Source: Lentisphaeria bacterium
Lineage (GTDB): Bacteria > Verrucomicrobiota > Lentisphaeria > JABSQK01 > JAWLHB01
Reading direction: 5' to 3'
NCBI GenBank assembly: GCA_041690595.1
Contig: JAWLHB010000014.1
Coordinates: forward strand, 62,001-126,000
Length of the DNA stretch: 64,000 nt
Part shown: in pieces, positions 36,992-44,451 of the stretch
How the letters are laid out: every line of letters starts with the position of its first letter
Numbering within the stretch: position 1 is the first letter of the stretch
Made by a program: the position numbers and the translations under genes
Notes under the pieces: model-generated
What the model saw: only the letters and a program-made list of their open reading frames with translations
What the model was told of the DNA's origin: nothing
Database searches by the model: none

Positions 36992-38251
36992 TTATGACGA
37001 ACGCTGGCGGTTGATGTACGGGTTGCGAATCGCCACCGGCATTCCCTCGAACTCCAGGCATATCACCCGCGGCATCTCACCGGCCGCCTTGTACGGCAGC
37101 CCCGATAGAAAGAGTCGATCCCCTTCCTGACGAAACTCTATCTCGCTGCTCATCCCGAGTACACGCACCCCGGTGACGCGATTGCCGATCCCGCTTAGGA
37201 CCTTCTCCGGCCCGTAGTCGTTCCCGAACAAGCCAAAATACCCCCTGCCCGAACGACCCGTGGAGATCTCGTAATCCTCATAGTCGAAAGGCTTCCCGAA
37301 GGCGCCGAAGATCGCCTCACCGTTCCGCTCCAGCCAGCGGCCGACGGCGCATACCCGCTCCACATCCAGATCGTGCAGCCGACCGGATGCATCCGGCCCC
37401 ACATTCAGCAACAGGTTCCCGCACCGATGCACCACCGTCATCAACAACCGACACAGCTCCGCCGGAGACTTGACCTCCTCATCGAAACGATTCCAGCACC
37501 AGGTCTGCCGCGCGATCGTATAACACGCCTCCCAGAAGTCGGCGCCCCTCGGTGGCAGTTCCCCCTGCTCCGACGAGGGCACATCCTCGTCCAGTCGGCA
37601 GCGATTGCTGATCAGAATCTCCGGCTGCAACTCCCGAATCGTCCCGTTGATCCCAGCCGCATCCCAGCTCTCCGGCGATGGACAGCCGTCATAGAAGAGA
37701 TAATGGATGCGCCCGTAATCGGTCATCAACTCTCGCAACTGCCGATGACACGTCGCCACAAAGCGCGCCCAACCCGCTGGATCCGCTTCAGCCCCGGCCC
37801 GATAACCCGCATCGCTCCAGTTCGCCACCGAATAGTAGAGACAAGGCGCAATCCCCAGCTCGCGGCAGCCATCCACGAATTCCCGCACCAGATCGCGCCC
37901 CGCCGCCGACTTGACCGCGTTGAAGGGATCGGCGGCACTATCCCAGAGGCAGAAGCCATCGTGATGACGCGTCGTCAGGCACGCATAGCGCATCCCGTTT
38001 GCCGCGCCCAGATCCAGCCAGCGCCGGACACAGCCGGGCTCCGGCCGAAACTCCCGCATTGCCCCGTGGTACTCCTCCAGCGGCATCCGCTCCCGCAGCA
38101 GGATCCACTCGTTGCGCCCCCAGTGCGAATAGAGTCCGAAATGAATGAACATCCCATACTTCAGCTCCGCAAACGCCCGAACGGCTGCCTCCGGCGCTTT
38201 CCGCTGAGTACTCTCGATATGGTCGGCTCCCGCCGCGATCGTTTCACTCAT
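36992..38251 (-). CDS. Alpha-L-fucosidase (GH29)
   Basis: YGMFIHFGLYS, TTRHHDGFCLW, YYS, FYDG, WEAC.T and NLLLNVGP motifs. Confidence 0.92.
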   Translation of the reverse strand: MSETIAAGADHIESTQRKAPEAAVRAFAELKYGMFIHFGLYSHWGRNEWILLRERMPLEEYHGAMREFRPEPGCVRRWLDLGAANGMRYACLTTRHHDGFCLWDSAADPFNAVKSAAGRDLVREFVDGCRELGIAPCLYYSVANWSDAGYRAGAEADPAGWARFVATCHRQLRELMTDYGRIHYLFYDGCPSPESWDAAGINGTIRELQPEILISNRCRLDEDVPSSEQGELPPRGADFWEACYTIARQTWCWNRFDEEVKSPAELCRLLMTVVHRCGNLLLNVGPDASGRLHDLDVERVCAVGRWLERNGEAIFGAFGKPFDYEDYEISTGRSGRGYFGLFGNDYGPEKVLSGIGNRVTGVRVLGMSSEIEFRQEGDRLFLSGLPYKAAGEMPRVICLEFEGMPVAIRNPYINRQRSS

Positions 38252-38269
38252 GACAAATGCCTGCTCTCA

Positions 38270-38549
38270 TTATGATTGGTTGGTTGTAGCTATCGGTGCT
38301 TGAAGGACGTCGCCGTAATAGGCTACATGCCCATCGATGGACAGCAGATTCGTGCCGCCACCAAGCTGGAAGTGCCGGGATTCCAACCCAGAGGTGATTC
38401 GACCCGCCGTAGATCGCGTCGTTCTCGGTCGCTCCTTCCACCAGATGCATGATCTCGGACGGATGCACCACGCGCGTCACCTTCACCGGCGGGTCGTTGA
38501 AACCGTAGCCGCCGAGCGCTTTGCTCGGCAGGATCCATTTGCTTCTCAT
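38270..38549 (-). pseudogene. Truncated, frameshifted remnant of a prepilin-type H-X9-DG (DUF1559-like) gene
   Basis: One frame gives GYGFN..VKVTRVVHPSE; the +1 frame gives SRHFQLGGGTNLLSIDGHVAY, ending TAA at 38270. No N-terminal FTLIELL motif. Confidence 0.6.
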
Positions 38550-38576
38550 CTCTCTCGGTCGCTCCTCGCTGGTTGA

Positions 38577-40031
38577 TCAGTTTCCGCTTTCCGCTCGCTC
38601 AGCTTCAATCATCGGCTTCAACTTCCGCCAAACCGCCTCTCCATACTGCCATGACGGCGAATCGTTCCTGCCATACAGCTCGAAGGCGCCGGGCATCGCA
38701 GCGCTTGGGAAGAAGAAGTAGATCGAGGATATCCCCAGCTCGCGAATCTCCTCGATCTGTTCGAACGTATCGCGGCTCTCCGGCTCGAAAGCCCACGCCT
38801 GCCCCAGCACCTCACTCGCATCGATGCCGCGACGCTCCTTCAGATTCGTCAGGTAGTTCTTCAGGTAGCTGATGCGCGCCGCCGCCTTTCCACCCGGCGT
38901 ATCCACCAGCTTCTGATGGTTGAACCCCGACCACTCCAGGACGTACCCGTCCATCTTCAGCGTATCTCCATTCACGTACTCGGCATGCCCGGAATGATTG
39001 CCGAAACCCCGCAGCTCCACCCATTGATAAACCTTGATCCCCGGGTACCGTTCATGCACATAGTCGTACAGGTCGTTTAGCATCCACTCGAACTTCTCCC
39101 CCAGCCACAGATTCAACTCGGCCGTCGGCGGCCACGTGAACATCTCGCCTCGTTCCTCCTCGTACTTGTGTTTCCAGAAATGAACCTCACGCGGCACAAG
39201 GGTCGCGTTGTAGATGCCCCTGAACATGATCCCCGGCTCCTCTTCGCTCAGCGTCACCGTATCCACCAGCTCCGCGAAAGCGCCAAAGTAGCTGTCCACC
39301 ACCTGCCGGCGAATGGCATCCCGGCTCTCCGCATCGTAAGCATACAGGAGAAAGCTGCGCTGCGGCAGCACCAGCCGCAGAATGACCCGATGCGCCGGAT
39401 TGATCGCTTTCACCTTGCGTACGCACGCCTCGAGCGCCCGCCCCTCCTGGAAAACCGTGAAATCCCACCACGCAATGGCCGCCGCCAACGCATCCGAATC
39501 GTCTCGGGGACCGGTATAGACCCCATACTTCGCCGGAAGCGCCGCCGGCGGCCCCTGCACCCTGCCACCCGGCGCGAAGCGCAGGACCAGGCCCGTCACC
39601 GTCTCCTCCTCGCCACGATGGACGAGGATCGCGGGCCGATCGTCCTGCTCTCGACATCGCTCCGGAAAGAGGACCGTGCCCGAAGTCGACCACGCAAGCA
39701 CCGGCTCTGGTTGCCCTCCCACTGTAACGTCGATGCTGTCGATGCTCACCCTTCCCAGCACGGCCCCAGTGATCCCCACGCGAAGAAACGCCGGCAAAGC
39801 AGGCAGCAGGAATCGGTAATCGTCATGAGCGCCGCCCGTCACCGCTGCTCGAAAGAATGCGGTCGAGTCGTCGACGAAGCGCCACGCCACACCGTCATCA
39901 CTGACCCACAGCTTCAGATTGCCGGTCGGGTAAAGCGTCCGCACGCGGATCATCGCCTCCCCTTCGCCCGCGGCTCCCCATGAGCAGAGCGACACCAGCA
40001 GCCAGAACGTCACCGCCGCCCAGCCTCTCAT
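38577..40031 (-). CDS. Secreted hypothetical protein, probable TIM-barrel glycan-active enzyme
   Basis: Signal peptide; TLSEEEP, DLYDYVH...PGIKV and DGYVLEW barrel-like segments. Confidence 0.45.
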   Translation of the reverse strand: MRGWAAVTFWLLVSLCSWGAAGEGEAMIRVRTLYPTGNLKLWVSDDGVAWRFVDDSTAFFRAAVTGGAHDDYRFLLPALPAFLRVGITGAVLGRVSIDSIDVTVGGQPEPVLAWSTSGTVLFPERCREQDDRPAILVHRGEEETVTGLVLRFAPGGRVQGPPAALPAKYGVYTGPRDDSDALAAAIAWWDFTVFQEGRALEACVRKVKAINPAHRVILRLVLPQRSFLLYAYDAESRDAIRRQVVDSYFGAFAELVDTVTLSEEEPGIMFRGIYNATLVPREVHFWKHKYEEERGEMFTWPPTAELNLWLGEKFEWMLNDLYDYVHERYPGIKVYQWVELRGFGNHSGHAEYVNGDTLKMDGYVLEWSGFNHQKLVDTPGGKAAARISYLKNYLTNLKERRGIDASEVLGQAWAFEPESRDTFEQIEEIRELGISSIYFFFPSAAMPGAFELYGRNDSPSWQYGEAVWRKLKPMIEAERAESGN

Positions 40032-41443
40032 GGACGCACCTCCGGCGCACCCGGCTTGGCGCGCAGCCCCTGATTGATCGCCAGCTCCGCCGCGTTGACC
40101 AGTGTCACCACATCGAAATCCATCGGCAGCCCACCGGCACCGAGCCGCATGTAGAAGTCCAGGTGGTGCACCCCCTCCTCCAGCGTCAGCAGCGGCAGGC
40201 TGACCACATTCCAGTCCTGCCCCTCCAGACAGAAAACCCCCTGGTAGATCTCGCTGCCGTCAAGCAGGACGCCGAGACCATGATCGCCGGGATTACCCCG
40301 AATGCGAAAGGCGATCGTATACGCGTCCGTGCGCGGAATCGTCACCGCGAAACCCGCGGGAAACCTGAACACATCCTGCTTCCAGAAGACCGAAAGCATG
40401 TTCGGCGTCGTCGGGCCCGAGGCCGATGCATCGAACTTGCCCCCGAAACTGACCCCTGACGGCTGGCGCGTGTTTACCGCCTCTTCCGCTTCCTGGATGA
40501 TCGCCACCCGCTCCGGAACAGCCGTCGGCGAAGGGCCGGCCTCGCCGACACTCCCGAAGTAGATGCAGAAGAGACGTGGCTGCTCCGTCCTTCCGGGCAC
40601 AATCCAGCTCACCCGCCCTTCCGCCCGCTCGTCCGGATTCCACAGCGGTCGATAAACATCCAGCCCCCCCAGCCGCGGCTGCTGCCCCGTGGAGGAGTGG
40701 ATCACCGCCCGTACGTAACGGACCGGCCGTGGCGAAAAGAAAACCGGACGCAACATGCCGAAGATATAGGGAGCGCTGAGTCCCTTCCATCCCCCCACCC
40801 GCTCCCAGTTGCCCTCCGTCAACCCGTCTCCCGATTCCGTCGCCACCTCGATATCCACATCGTTGGGCGCGTGTTGGCCCCTGCCATCGTTCAAGGGCCT
40901 GGCCATGATGGCGTTCACCATGCGAATCTCCCCAAGATCGATGGCGGCGCTCCAGGGCGGCGTCGCACTCCCCGCCTCCCAGAAGCCGTCCCGCTCGATC
41001 AGGGCACGAACCGGGTGCTCGGGATTTTCGCTGCTGGCGACGGCATTGGGCGCCGCGGCGGGATCGTCAGGCGCCTGCCAGTTCAGCGGCTGAGGGCCCG
41101 GCCAGACGTCGTCCACCGGCTGAAAGAGGCACGGCGCCTCCCCAAGCCTGGCGCCCGTCCGCGCATCGTATTCCACCACCCGGAAGCTGCCGGGATCGAG
41201 CTTCTCACCCTCCCCCAGCATCGGCGTGAAATTCAGCCGAACGTGCACCGGCGCATCGTTCTCCCCCACCCCGAAGGTGCTCACCGTTACCGGCACACGG
41301 TAGGCCAGCTCCCCATGCGTCCACTCCGGCGCCGCCACCGCGGCGTCGTCGCTCCGTCCCGCATGAACCAGAACCACGCACAGCAGGAGCACCAACCGCC
41401 CGCGAACCAGCTCTCCGTTCAAACGCCATGATGAACGCTGCAT
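40028..41443 (-). CDS. Secreted protein with discoidin/CBM32-like and C-terminal CBM-like domains
   Basis: W....YRVPVTV and LDPGSFRVVE N-domain; VASSE..W..IDLGE..VRYVR discoidin pattern; AGAGGAG RBS. Confidence 0.6.
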   Translation of the reverse strand: MQRSSWRLNGELVRGRLVLLLCVVLVHAGRSDDAAVAAPEWTHGELAYRVPVTVSTFGVGENDAPVHVRLNFTPMLGEGEKLDPGSFRVVEYDARTGARLGEAPCLFQPVDDVWPGPQPLNWQAPDDPAAAPNAVASSENPEHPVRALIERDGFWEAGSATPPWSAAIDLGEIRMVNAIMARPLNDGRGQHAPNDVDIEVATESGDGLTEGNWERVGGWKGLSAPYIFGMLRPVFFSPRPVRYVRAVIHSSTGQQPRLGGLDVYRPLWNPDERAEGRVSWIVPGRTEQPRLFCIYFGSVGEAGPSPTAVPERVAIIQEAEEAVNTRQPSGVSFGGKFDASASGPTTPNMLSVFWKQDVFRFPAGFAVTIPRTDAYTIAFRIRGNPGDHGLGVLLDGSEIYQGVFCLEGQDWNVVSLPLLTLEEGVHHLDFYMRLGAGGLPMDFDVVTLVNAAELAINQGLRAKPGAPEVRP

Positions 41444-41475
41444 GACACCTGCTCCTCTCTGGTTGGTTTGGGTGC

Positions 41476-42504
41476 TCACTGCTCCAGCAATGGAAGCACC
41501 ACCGATGGTACGATCTTCACCCGTCGCCGCTCACCGCTCTCCACGGCCTCCGTTACGGCCGACGCGAATTCCTCCTCGCGATGATCCAGCGACGCGATCC
41601 CGAAATAGTTTGACCACGGCGTATTGCCGACGCCGATGGCATCGAAGTCCCTCCCCAGAATCAGCCCCTCCTGCGCGGCGCACTTCCCGACTTTGCCATA
41701 CTGATAGTCAACGGTGCAGAAAACCCCGTCTGGCGGCTCATCGCCGGCGAACTCCCGCATGAAGTCGGTCTCCGCGTCCGTTCCCTCGAAATACCGCCTC
41801 ACCGCCAGCCCTTCCCCAGCCAGCTCCGCTTCAAACCCCGTCAACAGATGATCCGACGTCCACCCCGGTTCGCGTGCATACGATACCGTGACGATCCGCT
41901 TCCTCCCCCGCGACAGCAGGTACCCCGCCGCACGACGCCCCGCCTCGACGAAATCTTCCAGTATGTAAGAGGCCATGTACTCCTTCGCACCTTCAAAATG
42001 GGTCACCAGCACCAGATGCGTCTCCGGCTGCACGTACTCCAGAAGATCGAAGTTGAAGCGGCAGTAGCCAGCCACCACGAACGCCCGCGGACGCTCCGCA
42101 AGCAGCGACTTGATGTTCCCGATCGTCGACGCCTCATGCGAATGAGCCGTATCGAAAAGATACGGGATGAAACCCTTCTGCTGCAACGACGACGTCAAGG
42201 TGATCGGGATGCGGCGATGTTTGTCTGTCGTCCCATCCAGCATCAGCAGCACCGTCCGCGAGGCTATTGACTTCCCCGCCGCCGCAATGAAGGTCCCACG
42301 CCCCACATGCGACTCCAGCAAACCTTCCCGCTCCAGAATCGCGAAGGAACGCTGAACAACCTGCTTACTCACCTCAAAGCGTGCCGCCAGCGTCCGCGCC
42401 GGCTGCAACCGATCCCCAGGCTGCAAACGCCTCGCTTGAATCTCTTCCCGCAACAGGTCCGCGACCTGTATCGATTTCGGCGGCGCCGTCACGATCTTGT
42501 CCAC
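41476..42504 (-). CDS. GntR-family regulator with LacI-type sugar-binding domain
   Basis: LQPGDRL..R.LA..FEVS...LEREGLL...GRGTFI wHTH; PDGVFC. GTG start with AAGGAG RBS. Confidence 0.9.
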   Translation of the reverse strand: MDKIVTAPPKSIQVADLLREEIQARRLQPGDRLQPARTLAARFEVSKQVVQRSFAILEREGLLESHVGRGTFIAAAGKSIASRTVLLMLDGTTDKHRRIPITLTSSLQQKGFIPYLFDTAHSHEASTIGNIKSLLAERPRAFVVAGYCRFNFDLLEYVQPETHLVLVTHFEGAKEYMASYILEDFVEAGRRAAGYLLSRGRKRIVTVSYAREPGWTSDHLLTGFEAELAGEGLAVRRYFEGTDAETDFMREFAGDEPPDGVFCTVDYQYGKVGKCAAQEGLILGRDFDAIGVGNTPWSNYFGIASLDHREEEFASAVTEAVESGERRRVKIVPSVVLPLLEQ

Positions 42505-42535
42505 GCTCTTTCGCTCCTTTGGAACTGATTGATTT

Positions 42536-42573
42536 ACCATGGACCAATGCATTCCAATTGTCAAGAATTCCTT
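42536..42573 (-). promoter_or_regulatory. Sigma70 promoter and candidate operator of the gntR-lyase operon
   Basis: TTGACA-17 bp-CATGGT; spacer contains GGAATGCATTG; extra AAGGAAT upstream. Confidence 0.55.
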
Positions 42574-42644
42574 TTGCGTTTTGACCAAAAGCAGATCCGC
42601 CTCTCCTGCCAGCCTCAGCGGACGGTTTACCACGCCGATTCGAT

Positions 42645-42678
42645 TTGAATTCAGGGGCGACTGAGGGTATCTTCAGTC
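42645..42678 (+). promoter_or_regulatory. Sigma70 promoter with overlapping TetR-type operator
   Basis: TTGAAT-17 bp-TATCTT; palindrome GACTGA-N8-TCAGTC (42659-42678) covers the -10. Confidence 0.6.
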
Positions 42679-42710
42679 ATTGAGGGACGATTCAACCAGG
42701 AGTCGAAATC

Positions 42711-43778
42711 ATGATCAGTCATTCCGCGACCGCTTCCACCGACCACCATGTCGTCAATGTGCCTTCCCGTCGTCAGGCCATCCGCCAAGTGGCGCGTAAG
42801 CTCTTCTGCCAACAGGGCTACCCGGCCACCAGCATCGACCAGATTGCGCGCGCGGCCGGTCTCTCGGTCGGGTCCATCTACAATATCGTCGGCAACAAGG
42901 ATCAACTCTACGGCCGTATCGCCAAAGACATCGGCCACGAACTCCTCGATTATCTGCGTCAGGACGTCGTGCCCTTGAAGAATGCGGAACAGGCCATCGC
43001 CAAGCTGGTGCGCCATCGCCTCCAGCACCACCCCGAACACCGCCTCTTTCTCGTCCTCTTCTCCAACGAGCGCAGCTCAGGCGTCTATCCCTCCCCTGAA
43101 CAGGTCGAGGAGACCCTGCCCGACCTCTATCGCACCTATCTCCAGGAGGTGGGCGACTTCCTCGCACGCTACGCCACCGAAAAGATGCCGCCCCTCCACC
43201 TCGCCCTTACCTTCGAAGGCATGATCTCCGCTTTTGCGGCCTATCTCCGCGACTCGATCAAGGGCGAAGGACTCACCGGTCAAACCCAGTACATCACCTC
43301 GATGTTCCTGCGGCTCGCCCGCTCCGCGCCACCGCTGGCAACGGACGAAGCGGGAAGTCCGGCCACGGATCGATGTGTCTATGTCAGCCGCTTCGACTAC
43401 GATCGCCTCCACGAGCTGGTCGAGGTCGCTCGCGTCTTCGGCTCCCACGAGCAGCACGAGTATCTCGTCCAACTCACCAACACCCTGCAGAGCGGAAAGA
43501 TCGTCGATCCCCACGTCGTCCCGCCCGATGTGGTTACCATGAATTCCCGTTTTACCCTTGCAGACGAAGAACTGGGTGCCATGGTGACATGTACACTCGT
43601 CTTCCCCACCGACTCCGACAACAACTCCAAAATCTCGGTACTCAGTCCTCTCGGAGCAATGGTGCTGGGAGCGCGCCCGGGCGATCAATTGATTGTGCCG
43701 ACCGACAAAACGGTGCGTCGCTTTACACTCCTCGAGCTGCTCTATCAGCCCGAATCCGCAGGCGACTACCATCTCTAA
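42711..43778 (+). CDS. TetR-family regulator fused to a complete Rnk (Gre-like) domain
   Basis: N-term ARKLFCQQGYPATSIDQIARAAGLSVGSIY HTH; C-term DYDRL..VPPDVVTMNS..TLVFP..ISVLSPLG..LG..YQPESAGDYHL. Confidence 0.85.
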   Translation: MISHSATASTDHHVVNVPSRRQAIRQVARKLFCQQGYPATSIDQIARAAGLSVGSIYNIVGNKDQLYGRIAKDIGHELLDYLRQDVVPLKNAEQAIAKLVRHRLQHHPEHRLFLVLFSNERSSGVYPSPEQVEETLPDLYRTYLQEVGDFLARYATEKMPPLHLALTFEGMISAFAAYLRDSIKGEGLTGQTQYITSMFLRLARSAPPLATDEAGSPATDRCVYVSRFDYDRLHELVEVARVFGSHEQHEYLVQLTNTLQSGKIVDPHVVPPDVVTMNSRFTLADEELGAMVTCTLVFPTDSDNNSKISVLSPLGAMVLGARPGDQLIVPTDKTVRRFTLLELLYQPESAGDYHL

Positions 43779-43803
43779 TCGTAACCCTACCCGAGGTGCT
43801 GAC

Positions 43804-44211
43804 ATGAAGCAGCCTGCCCTGATTATTTCCGCCGTGGACGCGAAACGCCTCCGCGACTTCATCGACGATCAACGCTATGCGGCGGATGCCGGCATGGACG
43901 CGCTGCTCAACCGGCTCGAAGCCGAGATCGAAAAAGCCAAGACCATGCCCGTCGAACGCGTGCCCGCCGATGCCGTGACCATGAACTCCGCCGTCGAAGT
44001 CGTCGATCAGGATACCGGCGAAGTCATCGCCTTCGAGCTGGTTTGGCCGGATGAAGCCGACGCGGATGAGAACCGCATCTCCGTCCTGGCACCCCTTGGC
44101 ATGGCCGTTCTGGGCTATCGTGAAGGCGCCACCGTCGAGTGGCCCGTTCCCGTCGGCACCCGCAGGCTGCTCATCCAGCGCGTCGGCGTCGACACCCCAA
44201 CCCGCAACTAA
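43804..44211 (+). CDS. rnk: Nucleoside diphosphate kinase regulator Rnk
   Basis: DAKRL, VPADAVTMNS, LVWP.EAD and ISVLAPLGMAVLGYREG..W motifs; GAGG RBS. Confidence 0.9.
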   Translation: MKQPALIISAVDAKRLRDFIDDQRYAADAGMDALLNRLEAEIEKAKTMPVERVPADAVTMNSAVEVVDQDTGEVIAFELVWPDEADADENRISVLAPLGMAVLGYREGATVEWPVPVGTRRLLIQRVGVDTPTRN

Positions 44212-44230
44212 CGTTCGCGACGCACCTTCC

Positions 44231-44270
44231 AGAGGCGGCACCAGGAACCCCCGGTGCCGCCTCTTTCATT
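44231..44270 (+). terminator. Intrinsic terminator after rnk
   Basis: 12-bp stem AGAGGCGGCACC / GGTGCCGCCTCT followed by TTCATT. Confidence 0.8.
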
Positions 44271-44336
44271 CTCCGGAACTGCACCGACCCCGTCTGCCCC
44301 CGTCCGACGCCGCGCGCGAATTCCCCCATCTCCCCA

Positions 44337-44380
44337 TTGTAAGGAATGTATTGCCTGCTATGGTAGTCGGCGTATTCCTT
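44337..44380 (+). promoter_or_regulatory. Sigma70 promoter and candidate operator of the large CBM9/NHL gene
   Basis: TTGTAA-16 bp-TATGGT with TGn extension; GGAATGTATTG in the spacer; AAGGAAT / ATTCCTT inverted pair. Confidence 0.5.
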
Positions 44381-44451
44381 GCCGCCCCATCCCCTCACAT
44401 CTCTCGTCGGTCATAGTGCCGGCAAGTCCGACCACCACTACGCTGGATGTC

